From positions 15,009,849-15,073,848 of the forward strand of contig NC_068981.1 of assembly GCF_001194135.2 (NCBI RefSeq): DNA of 64,000 nt, given 5' to 3'. Below, piece by piece: positions 27,215 to 38,938 of the stretch. The notes under the pieces were generated by a model that worked only from the letters and a program-made list of their open reading frames with translations, was not told where the DNA came from and ran no database searches. The stretch's first letter is position 1, and every line of letters starts with the position of its first letter. A program made the translations under genes and the position numbers. The stretch comes from Octopus bimaculoides. Its lineage: Eukaryota.

Positions 27215-28650
27215 TAGATATGTTTCGACCAAAGACTGGTCCAGGCTATGTCTAACTTAATAAGATTATCTAAATCCTTTTTAAGTCAAGTTTTGTGTTA
27301 TTATGGTTCATTCAAGTTGAGCGAATTGTATCCAGTGATACGTGGCTTATCTCGTATTCTTTGAAAAAAAATCTGCCCAGACTCCGTTTAAATGTGATTG
27401 GATCCTTTTCTTCTTAGATCACTTTTGGGACAATGTTGAACAGGGCAGGGCTTGTTGAGGAAAAGAAATTATGTCGCAATATACCTATATGTTGTGATCC
27501 AGAATTGGGCAGGGAACGTATGGACCGTAGTCCCAGCCTTGGATGAACCTTGAAGCTAATGTTCAGGCCGTTTGGGTAATTCTGGCAGTATATCCTCCGA
27601 ATCGTGCAAATGATGTACCGCTCGCGGCGGTGCCGTAGAGAGTAGAGTTTCAAGGCTTTAAGGCAATCCCAAAAATCGAGATCAGTCATGCTCTTAATTC
27701 GTTTAGTGAACGCCATCTGAGGTGATTCAATTTTCGAGATGTTATGTTTTGTATGAAGAGACCACAAGGAGCAGCAGTATTCGAGGAACGGCCGTACAAA
27801 GAAGGAGAAAAGTGGAATGATGACACCTTGTTCTCTGGACCGGAAGGTTCTTAAGATCTAGGAGCTTATCCCACAAGCTATATTGACCTTATTGTTTATG
27901 TGGGCACTTCCACTGAGATTATTATCAACAATTACTCCTAGGTCTCTGATACTATTAGATGCTGTGAGCGGTTCCCCTGAAGGAAGAGTGTATGGCTGTT
28001 CTGTATAGTCTTTCTTCCAAAATGAATCAGCTCAAATGTTCCCTCGTTTAGTTGCATTTTATTTTTGTCTGCCCATTGACTGACTGGACTGCATACAGAT
28101 CAGAATGGAGTTGAGTTCGGTCTTCTTCTTCATTGATGATTTGCTGGAGCTTAGTGTAATCAGCAAATATTTTTTCTTTGCAATATTTTACGACGCTGGA
28201 AAGTTCGTTTATATAGATTAGAAAGTGGAGAAGCCCAAGACAGTCCTCTGAGTGGCACCACTGGTGACTTTTGGTGGGCTTCACTGGACTCCATCGACCA
28301 GAACATGTTGTGTTCTATTCGCCAGGAAATACTCAATCCAGTGTAGAAGTTTTCCACGGATTCCAACATTTGCAAATTATGAGAGTAAGATATTACGGTC
28401 AACCCTGTCGAACGCTTTACTGAAGTGAAGATATATGACATCAGAATTCAAACCTTGTCCCAAGGCTTTAAGTATATCCTCAATGTGGTGTAAGAGCTGT
28501 GTAAGACAGTCTCTGCCACAGCGAAAACCATGCAGATTTGCATTTAGGAGTTTGTAGATCTCCAGAAAACCAGCTATCCTTGATCTTATCACTCTTTCAA
28601 ACACTTTAATGATGTGGGAGGTAAGCGAGATTGGGCTTATAATTGACTGC
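27211..28650 (-). mobile_element. CR1-type LINE, 3' half of ORF2 (RT) plus 3' UTR, pseudogenised
   Basis: Colinear motifs across frames: PISLTSHIIKVFERVIR, HGFRCGRDCLTQLL, VIYLHFSKAFDRVD, FLIYINEL..IFADYTKL, IRDLGVIVDNNL, LEYCCSLWS, LYSLRHRRERYII; several stops and frameshifts; ends at a (TA)n tract. Confidence 0.92.
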
Positions 28651-28882
28651 CTTGGCAGAATTTGAACTCTGAACGTATCGGCAGACAATAATAATAGTTT
28701 CAAATTTTGCCACAAGGGCAGCCTTTTGGGGGAGGAATGATTCGATTAGATCAACCCCAGTGATTCAGGATAAAAAGCAAGTCGACATCGGCAGAATTTG
28801 GACTCGGAACGAAGCGGCAGAAAATTTACCGCTAAGCATGTTGCCCGGCGTGCTAACGATTCTGCAAGCTCGTCACCTTACT
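28650..28882 (-). mobile_element. SINE family B copy plus a short second head fragment at the LINE 5' junction
   Basis: GTCGACATCGGCAGAATTTGGACTCGGAACG...GCTAAGCATGTTGCCCGGCGTGCTAACGATTCTGCAAGCTCGTCACCTT matches the family B head reverse complement; a second GCAGAATTTGAACTCTGAACG fragment at ~28655-28680. Confidence 0.75.
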
Positions 28883-31800
28883 ACTGATAATAATAATGCA
28901 AGGACTAAAAGCGTATCAATAGTAAATGAAGCTTTTCTGTTCCTAACCATATAAGATGTAATACTGCAATCTTGCAAAATTGAAGCTTATTTGCAACTTC
29001 AAAATTCTTGCTAATAGTAACTCATGTTCGTATGACTTAGTATTGATTATCACCTATTTATCCAGCCAACACATAAAACCTATTGTGTTCTCCTATATTC
29101 TAACAGCTTCTGTGTTGCTGATGCTCTCCTTTTCCTCTGGATACCCAGCTCATAGATTTGAACAGGCTGTCTCTGCCACAAACATAATAGTTAGATTACT
29201 TCCCTCCTACTCCGCATAAGACTACTACACCGTTATGACGCTGAGAACTTCTAGGATCATAAAATCTTGCAAATCTATATTGTCCTTTACTCGTACCACA
29301 TTTTGTTCATATCATGCGCAGCCATACAAACATCTTTCGTGCTTCAAATGCTTCAAATGGTAATATCTTTACCAAACATTCTGACAATGAAGCCTCTGCT
29401 GTACTAGGCCCTCTTCTCTGTTACAAATTGTTCGCATGGGTATTGCACTATATATACTTACCGGATCCCAAATCGTTCACAAATTACTGTAAACATTATC
29501 TTGTACAACAGGCAAAAAATTGCCAACACACAGGCTAAGACTTATCGATGAGGAATTCACAAAGTTGTAGGTGCAAAAATATGATAGAACAGATCTGCAT
29601 TACTTGTGTTCTTGCTATTGTTATAGGAAACGTGAATATCTCTCTACATAAAAATACTCATTCTGTGTGTTTCATTTTTTTTTTTCAACAAAGTTTTACT
29701 TTTTTCTCTTTCTTTTTGTCTTATTTTTGCGTAGCTGTCACGGATTTTCTTTTCAGACTGCGTCTTGCCGACAAGTTTTGTTGAATGTCAGATAATAAAA
29801 AAAGTGTAAACATGTTTTTTCGCACAATGGATGAAAAATGTATCAAACAAAATCTGCTCAACTTTTGTGGATTACTTCGTACGAACTGACACTGATTAAA
29901 TCATACGCATATATTTTTACGAAAAGATATTTACAAAAACTAATTCTCAAAACGAGCGCATTGCAGTACCTAGGTGATCGAAAATCGAACGTTTTAGTGA
30001 ATACTTTATATATTTAGCCATAATATTACAATGAAAGTTATCCCATGATTATATAACACCAACAGAAAGGAGGTGACAGTCACAAGACTATTACTCATAG
30101 AATAGCAAAAGTACTATAGTCATATATGTTAATATATGCCGATAAATAGTTCAAGGCTAATCGCGCATTGCTTGTAACCCAAAATCAAATACGAACCTTC
30201 ATCAATAATGGAGTTTAGGCAAACAAAAACGTGCAACAAAATATTAAAGCGGAGTGAGGAAGGTAAACGTGAAAATCAAGACATTCAAACCATCAAATTC
30301 ATATCTGGTTGAATCATTAGCTTTTAAAGCGACACTAGTATTGCGTTTGCTAGATAAGAGTGATTTTCTTTGTATTGCTTTGAATAGCCACCTAACAGAA
30401 AAAGCAAAAACCTATAACAGACAAGTAATTCAGAAAAGTCTTTTATATATGTGAATATATGTTTATGTATGCAAATATATATACATATATGTAAATATGT
30501 GTGTGTGTGTGTGCGTGTGTGTATGATTGCGTGTGCTTGTGTCTATGTGTGCGCCTATGCACAATATTAGGATAAAGTCAATCAGAGGTTGATCAAAGTT
30601 TACTTCCGATAACAAGCGGTCGTATTCGAGATTCCTCCTTCAAACCAAAAATCTTGCTTCCTCCTTCAAACCAAAAAACAATTTTTCCGCTGTTTCTGTA
30701 GCACCAAACATTAGGCCCAACTCATGGGAGCTTCTATATATTCAACATATGTCCACTCACAGATATCGAAGCTGCTCTTTCCCAAGACTCGTGTTTTCCC
30801 TACCTCTTGCAGTTACTCTACAATGCAATGCTTTCTTATTTACACCCTCTACCATATTACCCGCTTCTCGTTAAGTGTACGAAACAAGTCCTACTTCTTT
30901 TTGCCATTTCCCATCTGACCTCGACACGACCGGTTTCTCTTCTCTCTTGGCCCTTCAGTCAATTATAAGTGCTCGCAACCTACGCACGTTTAGAAAACAG
31001 AATATATTTTGTAACATCTAGATTTTAAAAAATTCAGATTAATGTAGTCATGACATTTAAGTTGAGCTAAATTTTGCCATTAACATATCGAAAGGGGACA
31101 CAAAAAAGCCCCGTGTATATAGGTTAATGTTATTTAAGAATCTACAAACCCTAAATACATTCCGTGTGATGTTGGAAATAATCTAGCGAGTCATCTCCAG
31201 TTAAGCTTTCTTCTTCTTTTATTCATTATATCATCATCTAAAAATGAGTTGGAAAATATTTTCTGGTTTCTACACGTTCAAGATCGATATTTAATTTGAA
31301 TATATAGGTCTAACGGTGAAACGACTTGTACGCGAAAATATATTCATTTAATTGAGGTATATAATGAATATTAATGATTTGATTATTGATTGATTTGCGA
31401 ACATAATCGACCATGCTAACTTAATTTAATATGGAAAAAAAAAGACTTGAAGTCTGTAAAGCCGATTAAATTGAATATTATATTCTGATATAGAAAATAG
31501 AGTTTTAGCCTGTCACGAAGTAGTTTCCGTTTTTCAGAAAGTACATAATGTAGTATAAATCAAAGGAAAATTAAAATGTTCATTATCCCAATCAATAAAG
31601 TTTCTAGTGAAAACATTCATGATGAGATGCAATTTTATATTATATTCTACCTTAATATTATGTCGTCATTTTGATAACAGTAATCACAGCGTTTGCGAGG
31701 AAACAACAGTCAAGAAAACCTTAATAATACGCTATAAAAATCGTGGAGTTATCAGGACACATTCTTGAATAAACAACTTTTAGTCTTTAAGCTGACACTG

Positions 31801-32836
31801 GAATTCTTTGTCTTGCAAAATGACAGGTTGAATTTGCAAATGTACCCAAGCCTGAAATATAATCCGAATAAATACGGATATTTGTAGAAGTAAGGACTGC
31901 AAAGTTTTACTGTGGTTAAGAATTAAATAGACAGTTGTGTCTGCTAGAAAGAAAATCAATACCAATGATATATAATTTTAAAGAAATCACGCAACAAATA
32001 GCTCTTCGAATTTCTAAAGACGTTTCAAACATTTTATTAAGATACGTGCTATTGAGTAACTCCTGTGTCATTCTCACTGAGAATTATAAGTATTGCTTTG
32101 TTTAAATTTTTGTGATATAGTTCAATGTTCGATCGATTGTGTGATGTGAATCAGTGTATTTATTCTTGTATATACGTTCACACACACGCACACATATATT
32201 TACATGTATACATTTATCTATATGTATGTGTGAATATTTGTGTTGGTTGGTAGACAAATCACTGCTTTTCAGCCCCACTCTGGGCCAAATAGGAAAGTAA
32301 ACACATTTCCTTTGCAAATGATGTGAGGATAAAAGAGTTTCGAATTGTCTGTGGAACGTCACTGATAATACGTTAAATAAAAAAGTTATAAATTTGGTTA
32401 CCATTGTAAGACTACCTTTGTCTTTATAAATGTCCTAGAAATTTCACATTGCCTTGGCTTTGTTGTCCTATTTTATTTAACATATAGACGTTCAAACGTG
32501 ACCCGCATTAGACTCCTCACTCATACTATTATCGAACCGGGAGTCTAACAGTGGTCCTTTTGTAGCACTTACATAGTGTTATCTGCCTTTTGAGTCTTCT
32601 GGATACCAAAACCTCCCATATTACCTTTTCACAAGAGGAAATCTAAACACAGTTTAATTTTGAATAATCAGTATACACATAAACAGTACAAACATCACTG
32701 TAGAAAAATGAGAAGAGTAGTACATTCTTTCTGTCCTACTGATAGGCAGAAATTAGAGGGGAGTAAAAGAACAAGGAAGAATTTAACTACATTATGCTGA
32801 TAGATATGCTGTAGTTTCGGATACATTAGAGTAGGC

Positions 32837-33336
32837 CAGGGGTCACCAAAGTAAGTCCGAGGGACCCCCTATGGGTCAGCGAGGAATTACAGGGTTTCAC
32901 GATAGCCAAGGGGTCGAATGGTGGTCGGCCTGAGAAAGACCAACTCACCCTGAGGAACTGCTTGAAATACATCGTCAGCGCCATGCTCATTCCTCACGTT
33001 GATGTTGTCGATTTCAATAAAATATATCCAGCAATATGATGCGTTTTTCACATTTTCTCACCGTGAACACAATTTCATAAAAACTGAAAGTTTAACACTG
33101 TATACTCGTACACATCGTTTTAAATGTAAAATATGTCAGCTTCAATAGAATTTCTTAATTTGTCGTACATGTATATTTTAGCTAACATTTTAATTGACAG
33201 TTTCATTACCCAGTACGCATTTAAGATATGGTACGGTAGGGTAGAGCATTAAGATATTTTAAATGATGAGAGTTGTCGATCCGGAAGGAGAAGTGGCTAA
33301 AGGGGATAGATGGTCGAAAAAGTTTGGTGACCCCTG
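32837..33336. mobile_element. hAT (Charlie-like) MITE, 500 bp
   Basis: Perfect 14-bp TIRs CAGGGGTCACCAAA / TTTGGTGACCCCTG; flanking 8-mers GAGTAGGC and TTGTAGGC (6/8 identical, central TA) fit a decayed 8-bp TSD; no coding capacity. Confidence 0.88.
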
Positions 33337-33595
33337 TTGTAGGCCATTTATGGATGTTTAGCTTTTACGCTCGTGTTTTTGTCATAACGACCAAAGTGAT
33401 GCGAAATATTCGTCTTTCACGGAGTCAGTCATAATAGTTGTACTCTCATGCTTCTGCGCATCAGTGATATAAAATAGACATGCATTTACTTTTTCTTTTA
33501 TTTCAACAATAGTACAGCGTCGTACTGTTTTGATTTATTTGTACTCTTCTCGGTTATGCTTGCATAGTTACTTGTGCATAACAACACACACACAT

Positions 33596-33647
<52 letters not shown>

Positions 33648-34412
33648 CTATATGTATATATATATGCACATAATTGTGTATCTATATTAATATATACTTA
33701 TATATCTATGTGTACATATGGTGAGTGTGTAAGTAGGCGCAGAACGGTGAAACTGAAAACAACTTCCTTTCACAAGCTTGAAAGACGGGCTTAGATCACC
33801 TTGCACGATAGCCATGCAATACTTTGTGATGTAAATTGTATAGAGTGTAATTCAACTAACACTAATTCATTATTGAACCTGTGAATTAAAACAGTCTTGC
33901 CACAACGATTCCGTTTTAGAATTACAACAAGAGAACAAGTGCTTGAGAAACAATCAGTTACACGATAAGCAGCACATAGTAGGAATAATCAAACAAACCA
34001 ATCCTCTTTAGGTGAGACACAAAGGGCTTATATATATATATATGTTAATTTGTTTTTACGTTCCACTAAAAAAAAATGGATATGCCCACAGATAATTTTA
34101 CCTTGCAAAATCAGATGCTTATAATGCCGATGTGTTTACTTAGATAGGCGAACACAGACACAAATATGTACAAATACTTGTATANNNNNNNNNNNNNNNN
34201 NNNNNNNNNNNNNNNNNNNNNNNNNNNNNNNNNNNNNNNNNNNNNNNNNNNNNNNNNNNNNNNNNNNNNNNNNNNNNNNNNNNNNNNNNNNNNNNNNNNN
34301 NNNNNNNNNNNNNNNNNNNNNNNNNNNNNNNNNNNNNNNNNNNNNNNNNNNNNNNNNNNNNNNNNNNNNNNNNNNNNNNNNNNNNNNNNNNNNNNNNNNN
34401 NNNNNNNNNNNN

Positions 34413-34632
34413 CGGTAAGTTCGTGCCGATTTTTAAGGGGAAGAAAAAGGTCAATAAGTACTTGCCACTACATTTTTAATCAACCAAATATGAACCATTT
34501 TGTTGCACAATGCGTCTCCATCTTTCCTTTAACTTGAAACTACCCTCTTCCCAGAATTGAGGTGGTTTCATGGCAAATAAGTTGAAAGGAAAGCTACAAT
34601 AAATCGACACGAACTTTCCGGAAGACCCAATA
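34413..34632 (-). mobile_element. Mariner-derived MITE (left end lost in gap)
   Basis: Inverted termini CGGTAAGTTCGTGCCGATTT / AAATCGACACGAACTTTCCGGAAGACCCAATA, ending at TA; minus strand encodes a mariner transposase C-terminus KERWRRIVQQNGSYLVD*. Confidence 0.8.
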
Positions 34633-36207
34633 TATTAATATGCATGTGTGTGTGTGTGTGTGTGTGTTTGCATTTGTGTAAGCTTCGTGCATACTTGTAT
34701 GAGTATCTGTGCGATTAAATAATTCTGTTAGCGTAGTTGCAAAGAGATATTTATGGATGCTAAAAACATTAGAATTCGACTATATATCGTCATGTAACCA
34801 AACCGTGTGTTAGTAAAGGCAAGTTAATTTTTTCAGGATATTGGAATCGATTTCCAGTGCAAAGCAATAAATATATTTCACGGGATATTTTAGTCCCAAC
34901 CTAAAGATAGATTTGTCCCGATTCTCTCGATACTTGTTAAGTCTTGCTTTAAGATATGTGTGCATATTTTAGTAAAGAGTTTCACGCTAACACAGATACT
35001 CCTGATACGCGAACACAGATATTGAGTGTACACATAGACACACACTCATATATTCATTCATTTATTCAGTTCTCATTGTGCCTTGTGAAATTTGAGGCGA
35101 CAGCAAGATCATTCCACCTTCTAACACTGAGTGCATCCTTAACAGCTGGTTCCATTCTTAACCCTCTGATTTTATAATATTTTGTTATTGTCTACCGTCA
35201 CGTTTCCTTTAGTGGCCACGTCTTCTTTTACCTTGTGGAAACCATTGGAAATCGACCCTGACAACTGAGTTCAGTTTATAGCGACAAACTCGACCTAACC
35301 ATTCCTATTTCCATACTTCAATAGTTTCTCTTATTGGCTTCATATTAGCCTTCGTATGTAGTTGGCTACTGGAGATCATATTCAGCCAGTAAACCTTCAA
35401 AATTATCTGTAAACATTTATTTTGAAACACCTCCAATTTCTTTTCGATACTTTTTTTATTGTTTTCCAACATTCAGATCCATAGACCGGGATGCTAAGTT
35501 TGGTGCTTTTGTAAAATCGTATTTTTGGTGCTCTTGATAAGTATTGATGAGATTAAAATATCGAATGTTTGGTTGAGATTGCTGATACTTGTATCTGTTT
35601 CATGAAAGCATTCACGATCCATTGTTATTCCATTCATACACACATATCGTAAAATATAATTGGCAAATAATCGCTCAGAGATTTCATATTGCCTATACGA
35701 GCGCGCGCACGCACACATACACACACGCGCACGCACGCACACATACACACACGCACACACACACACACTCACACAAACACACACACTCACACACATATAT
35801 ATGTATGTATAAATATTATATTTTATAGAAGTCCCTTAGCAGACCTCAAAAGATTCAAACTCATTCTTCGATGTCTTTACAAAAATCATTTCACAAGGTA
35901 TACAATGCTATAAGAGGGGTTAGGTTGAACGAGTATAGAAGCAATTATTGAGATAAGCAAATTAGACACATCAAATTCATTAAATGTATTAAATACATAA
36001 AATACAAAATATATTTGTATTTATACACGCAAAGCTTGAGAAAGCAAAAAGTGGAAACTTTCAGATGATGAATTTATTTGTATAAGTCTATATATTTATA
36101 TGAATATGTCCAACATGCACATAGTACGAATGACATTCATATTCTGTGTAAGTCAGAACTATTTATATGAATATATACATGAATTTAAAGCATATATATA
36201 CATATAT

Positions 36208-36320
36208 ATTCCTAGGATATTTTTCGATGTTATTGCTAAGGTTAGTGTCTGGAATCGAACTCGAAATCTTAGGAGTAGTAGTCCGCGCTCTTAACCACTA
36301 TGCCATATGCCTATGTGCAA
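36208..36320 (-). mobile_element. tRNA-derived SINE family D head plus first ~25 nt of tail
   Basis: Minus strand GGCATATGGCATAGTGGTTAAGAGCGCGG...GAGTTCGATTCC (box A, box B), then TAACATCGAAAAATATCCTAGGAAT, which recurs on plus at 36489-36514. Confidence 0.75.
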
Positions 36321-36488
36321 TTATGGAGTGAATTTTAGGGCTTATAAATCTAATATTTTCCTATCCTTCCTTAATACCGGTTCCTATACGTTACTCATAT
36401 CTGCACTCGGTTTGCTTAGGAGGTTGTTGTGTCCTAGCATATGTGATGCTCCTTTCAGTTTTCATATTTTCCATTGGTGTTTTGTATC

Positions 36489-36640
36489 TAACATCGAAAA
36501 AATACCTTAGGAATGAGAACCCAGATTCGAAATTTCCCCCAGATACCCGATGAAGGCTGCAGAATATATCAGCCGAAACGTTGTGTTAACACCAAACAAG
36601 ATGAGGTCAAATATCCGTCAAATGTAAATAATGTAAATAG
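36489..36640 (+). mobile_element. SINE family D tail, PLE-like terminus containing a hammerhead motif
   Basis: Begins with the 25-26-mer that follows the family D head; contains the motif at 36542-36587; ends in AATGTAAATAATGTAAATA repeats. Confidence 0.6.
36542..36587 (+). ncRNA. Minimal type-I hammerhead ribozyme motif (U4C variant)
   Basis: GATAC-CCGATGA-A-GGCTG[CAGAATATAT]CAGCC-GAAAC-GT-T-GTGTT: stem I 5 bp (2 G-U), stem II 5 bp perfect, AC/GU minimal stem III, predicted cleavage after 36582. Confidence 0.65.
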
Positions 36641-36939
36641 TATACTATTTTTATTCCTTTATAAACTGTGAATTCCCTGTCTAGAACTTCCATACATACT
36701 CACCTTGACATTGATGACGGAATACCCAGTGTATGGAGATGCTAACTAAATACTTGGGATATCCTCAAATCAGCTGTTAGAATCCAATAATTAATTAATT
36801 AACTCATTAATCAGTTAATTACTTTAAATACACCTCTCTCTGAATATTCTAAATAACGGGAGATACTCGTCCTGCCTCGGTTTTGTTGTCCACTTTGCTC
36901 TAACGCACACACATACACACACGCACACACACATACACA

Positions 36940-37080
36940 TCTTCCAGATCCACTCACGAAGCTTTGGTCAGACCGAAACCACAGAAGAGGATACTTACAC
37001 AAAGCCATGTAGTAGGACTGAACCTGGAGCCACACTTATCGGGAACAAGATTCTTTACCATAGAGACACCCCTATGCCTG
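36940..37080 (-). mobile_element. SINE family A head (inverted relative to the neighbouring tail)
   Basis: AGATCCACTCACGAAGCTTTGGTCAGACCG...GGACTGAACCTGGAGCCAC is the reverse complement of the head at 21897-22035. Confidence 0.75.
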
Positions 37081-37264
37081 TAAATATAAATATATGTGTG
37101 TGTGCGCGCACGCGAATGTATTTGAGCAAAATGTACAAAAAAACGAGGGTGGACGAGTATCTCAAATCATTTAAAATATTTAACTAGAGTAAGGTGTATA
37201 TGAGGCGTGTGGTGTGTGTATGTGTGTATGTGCGTGTGTATGCGTGCACGTGCTCACGTCTTTA

Positions 37265-37410
37265 TGTTCGTGTTTATCCCCGATCCACAGCTTTAGAACT
37301 GGTGCTGGCGTGTTCACGTCTCTGTAAATTAACAATTCGTGGAACTGATTCGCTATACTGAAGCCTTAAATGCGGTTACCTAGCATATCTGCTGACCATT
37401 GTCTGAATCA
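37265..37410 (+). mobile_element. SINE family A tail, diverged
   Basis: GTGTTTATCCCC...GGTGCTGGCGTGTTCACGTCTCTGTAAATTA aligns in plus orientation to 22085-22150. Confidence 0.6.
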
Positions 37411-38890
37411 TGTTATAGAGGAAAGATATATAATTGTACAAAAATACATTGATAAATTTGGCATAAAACTGCTTTTACTTGAGTGAAACATTCTTTGAGA
37501 GTATATTATAAAAGTTATATTATATATAATCCTTTCTATTGCAGCATATATAATGCATAACTTACGATTCCAAATTATCGCTGTTTGGTATTTAATAATT
37601 TACATTTATCAGCATTCAGTCACTTGCACATTTCTAGTGTTTAAGGTGAGAATATAAAATATAAGAAGCAATGCTAGGTTATTAATAAATAAAGAGGTCT
37701 TTAAACAAAATATTATCACTAATACATATATACGATTTATTCACAGAGTTTTATGTAATTTGCATGAATTAAAAGACAATTTTATGTGATTAATATAAAG
37801 TAAAATGTTTTAAGAATGTATGATTGATGGGGTTCATAGTAGATAGAATTGCACCTAGAACTTATTTAGTTGTATGCACATACATTAAATAGCAAATGGT
37901 GGAAAAGCTAAATTTATGCAACCAGATTCGATGAAGTACCTATCAATTATTAAGATTTTCGTAATTGATAATATTACTAGAAATGCTACAACATCATTCT
38001 AAACGAGGATTAACGATTTAAGAATATGGATCCTCTCTTCAGGTATATATATTAATGTTTCCTTCCAACACACACACACATACACACAGACAAAAACACA
38101 CGCATATAAGCACACAAACACCCACCAAAACAAACATGCACACACACACCGGAATTTATGTGTGTACATAAATTTAATTGGTGTGCACGCACACACCCGC
38201 ACATAGACACATATGTATGTGTATGTATGCATGTATGTATGTATATATGGTAAAAAAATTAATGAGTGTGTGCGTTACATAAATAATATTTTCAGGATTA
38301 AACAAAACGTGATTTGTGACGGCCTAAGGCGGTATCATTCTTTTTCCCGTTGCCTTCGGCGGACTGGTCATGATTTTCTGAGTTCCTCGCTCTAAGCATC
38401 CCGTGTTTATAGTCATTCAGGGCAGTTTTCATTTCTCCTACGGGGTACCCATTTTTTGGTATTGTCTTGGAGCCCTAAGTCTTTTTTGGTTGCTACATAT
38501 TAATTATTATTCTTTTAATTGTTGCCCTAAGCCTTAATTTTGTTTATTGTTTTGTCTCTCGTCTCTGATGCATCCCGTTTTGTTAAGCTTTGGTCCTATT
38601 ACTAGCACGTTTCGATAATGGCCGAAATTGCGCTTGACCGTCTGGCTGATAAGTAAAGAGGAGGTGATGAACTTCTGTGTTTTCTGTTCGTCTGTGTATT
38701 TAGTATATGTACAGGTTTTTTTTAATTATATGTGTGTGTGCGTGCGTGTNNNNNNNNNNNNNNNNNNNNNNNNNNNNNNNNNNNNNNNNNNNNNNNNNNN
38801 NNNNNNNNNNNNNNNNNNNNNNNNNNNNNNNNNNNNNNNNNNNNNNNNNNNNNNNNNNNNNNNNNNNNNNNNNNNNNNNNNNNNNNNNNN

Positions 38891-38938
<48 letters not shown>

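Noticed and set aside
32500-32556. Hairpin TTAGACTCC/GGAGTCTAA; also a 13-bp stem at 23365-23404
   Set aside because: Short stems expected by chance in 64 kb; no known miRNA similarity.
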